Assembly: GCA_963664115.2 (NCBI GenBank)
Contig: CAXWPJ010000011.1
Location: forward strand, 78,965-142,964
Direction: 5' to 3'
From: Terriglobia bacterium
GTDB taxonomy: Bacteria; Acidobacteriota; Terriglobia; 20CM-2-55-15
Length of the DNA stretch: 64,000 bases
Positions 63,814 to 64,000 of the stretch are shown here, piece by piece. Below the pieces are notes generated by a model. It made no database searches, was not told where the DNA came from, and saw only the letters and a list, made by a program, of their open reading frames with translations. Both the position numbers and the translations under genes were made by a program. Position 1 is the stretch's first letter. Each line of letters starts with the position of its first letter.

Positions 63814-63963
63814 ATGAAAATGCTAACCATTCGGATTCCCGAGGAACTGCACAAGGCCTTCAAGCTGAAATGCGTATCTGAGGATGTGGATATGGGGAGC
63901 GTGGTAACGAAGCTGATTGAAGGCTACGTGAAGGAACGGAAGCCGAAGTCCAAAAAGAAGTAA
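63814..63963 (+). CDS. ParG-like ribbon-helix-helix protein
   Basis: MKMLTIRIPEELHKAFKLKCVSEDVDMGSVVTKLIEGYV. Confidence 0.75.
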   Translation: MKMLTIRIPEELHKAFKLKCVSEDVDMGSVVTKLIEGYVKERKPKSKKK

Positions 63964-64000
63964 CTCAACGAAAGCGGCCCCGCCCGGTGCGACAACGAGT

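Overview
The window is GC-rich bacterial DNA. Gene style (Oar-type TonB receptor, DUF6152 clusters, a Tes-like radical SAM) suggests Acidobacteriota, which is an inference. It has four zones. (1) 1-18.4 kb is an accessory periplasmic-catabolism region: a TonB receptor frameshifted by a 167-bp duplication, four amidohydrolases, an MBL hydrolase, and paralogous uncharacterised secreted proteins paired with DUF6152-like proteins. It ends at a 5' half of tRNA-Arg(TCG). (2) 18.6-33 kb is core-like: trxB, folB, a Tes/GDGT-MAS-like radical SAM, SufT, yjbQ, erpA, TPP riboswitch-thiC, cysE and 2-oxoacid dehydrogenase E1a/E1b/E2. (3) 33-50.6 kb holds a sugar ABC transporter and an island bracketed by two tRNA-His 3' remnants. 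(4) 50.6-64 kb is a mobile-DNA zone. It contains a stack of five tRNA 3'-half att-like modules (His, Gly, Val, Val, Gly) each followed by arm-like direct repeats, a HEPN-TM plus PD-(D/E)XK pair, resolvase/ArdC/ParG genes, three IS256 copies, and a tandem array of three small peptides sharing a leader (STHIEELEERIAP-like) with variable two-Cys cores. Single-base frameshifts are frequent beyond about 52 kb and may be consensus errors. All family assignments are from motif recognition, not database searches.
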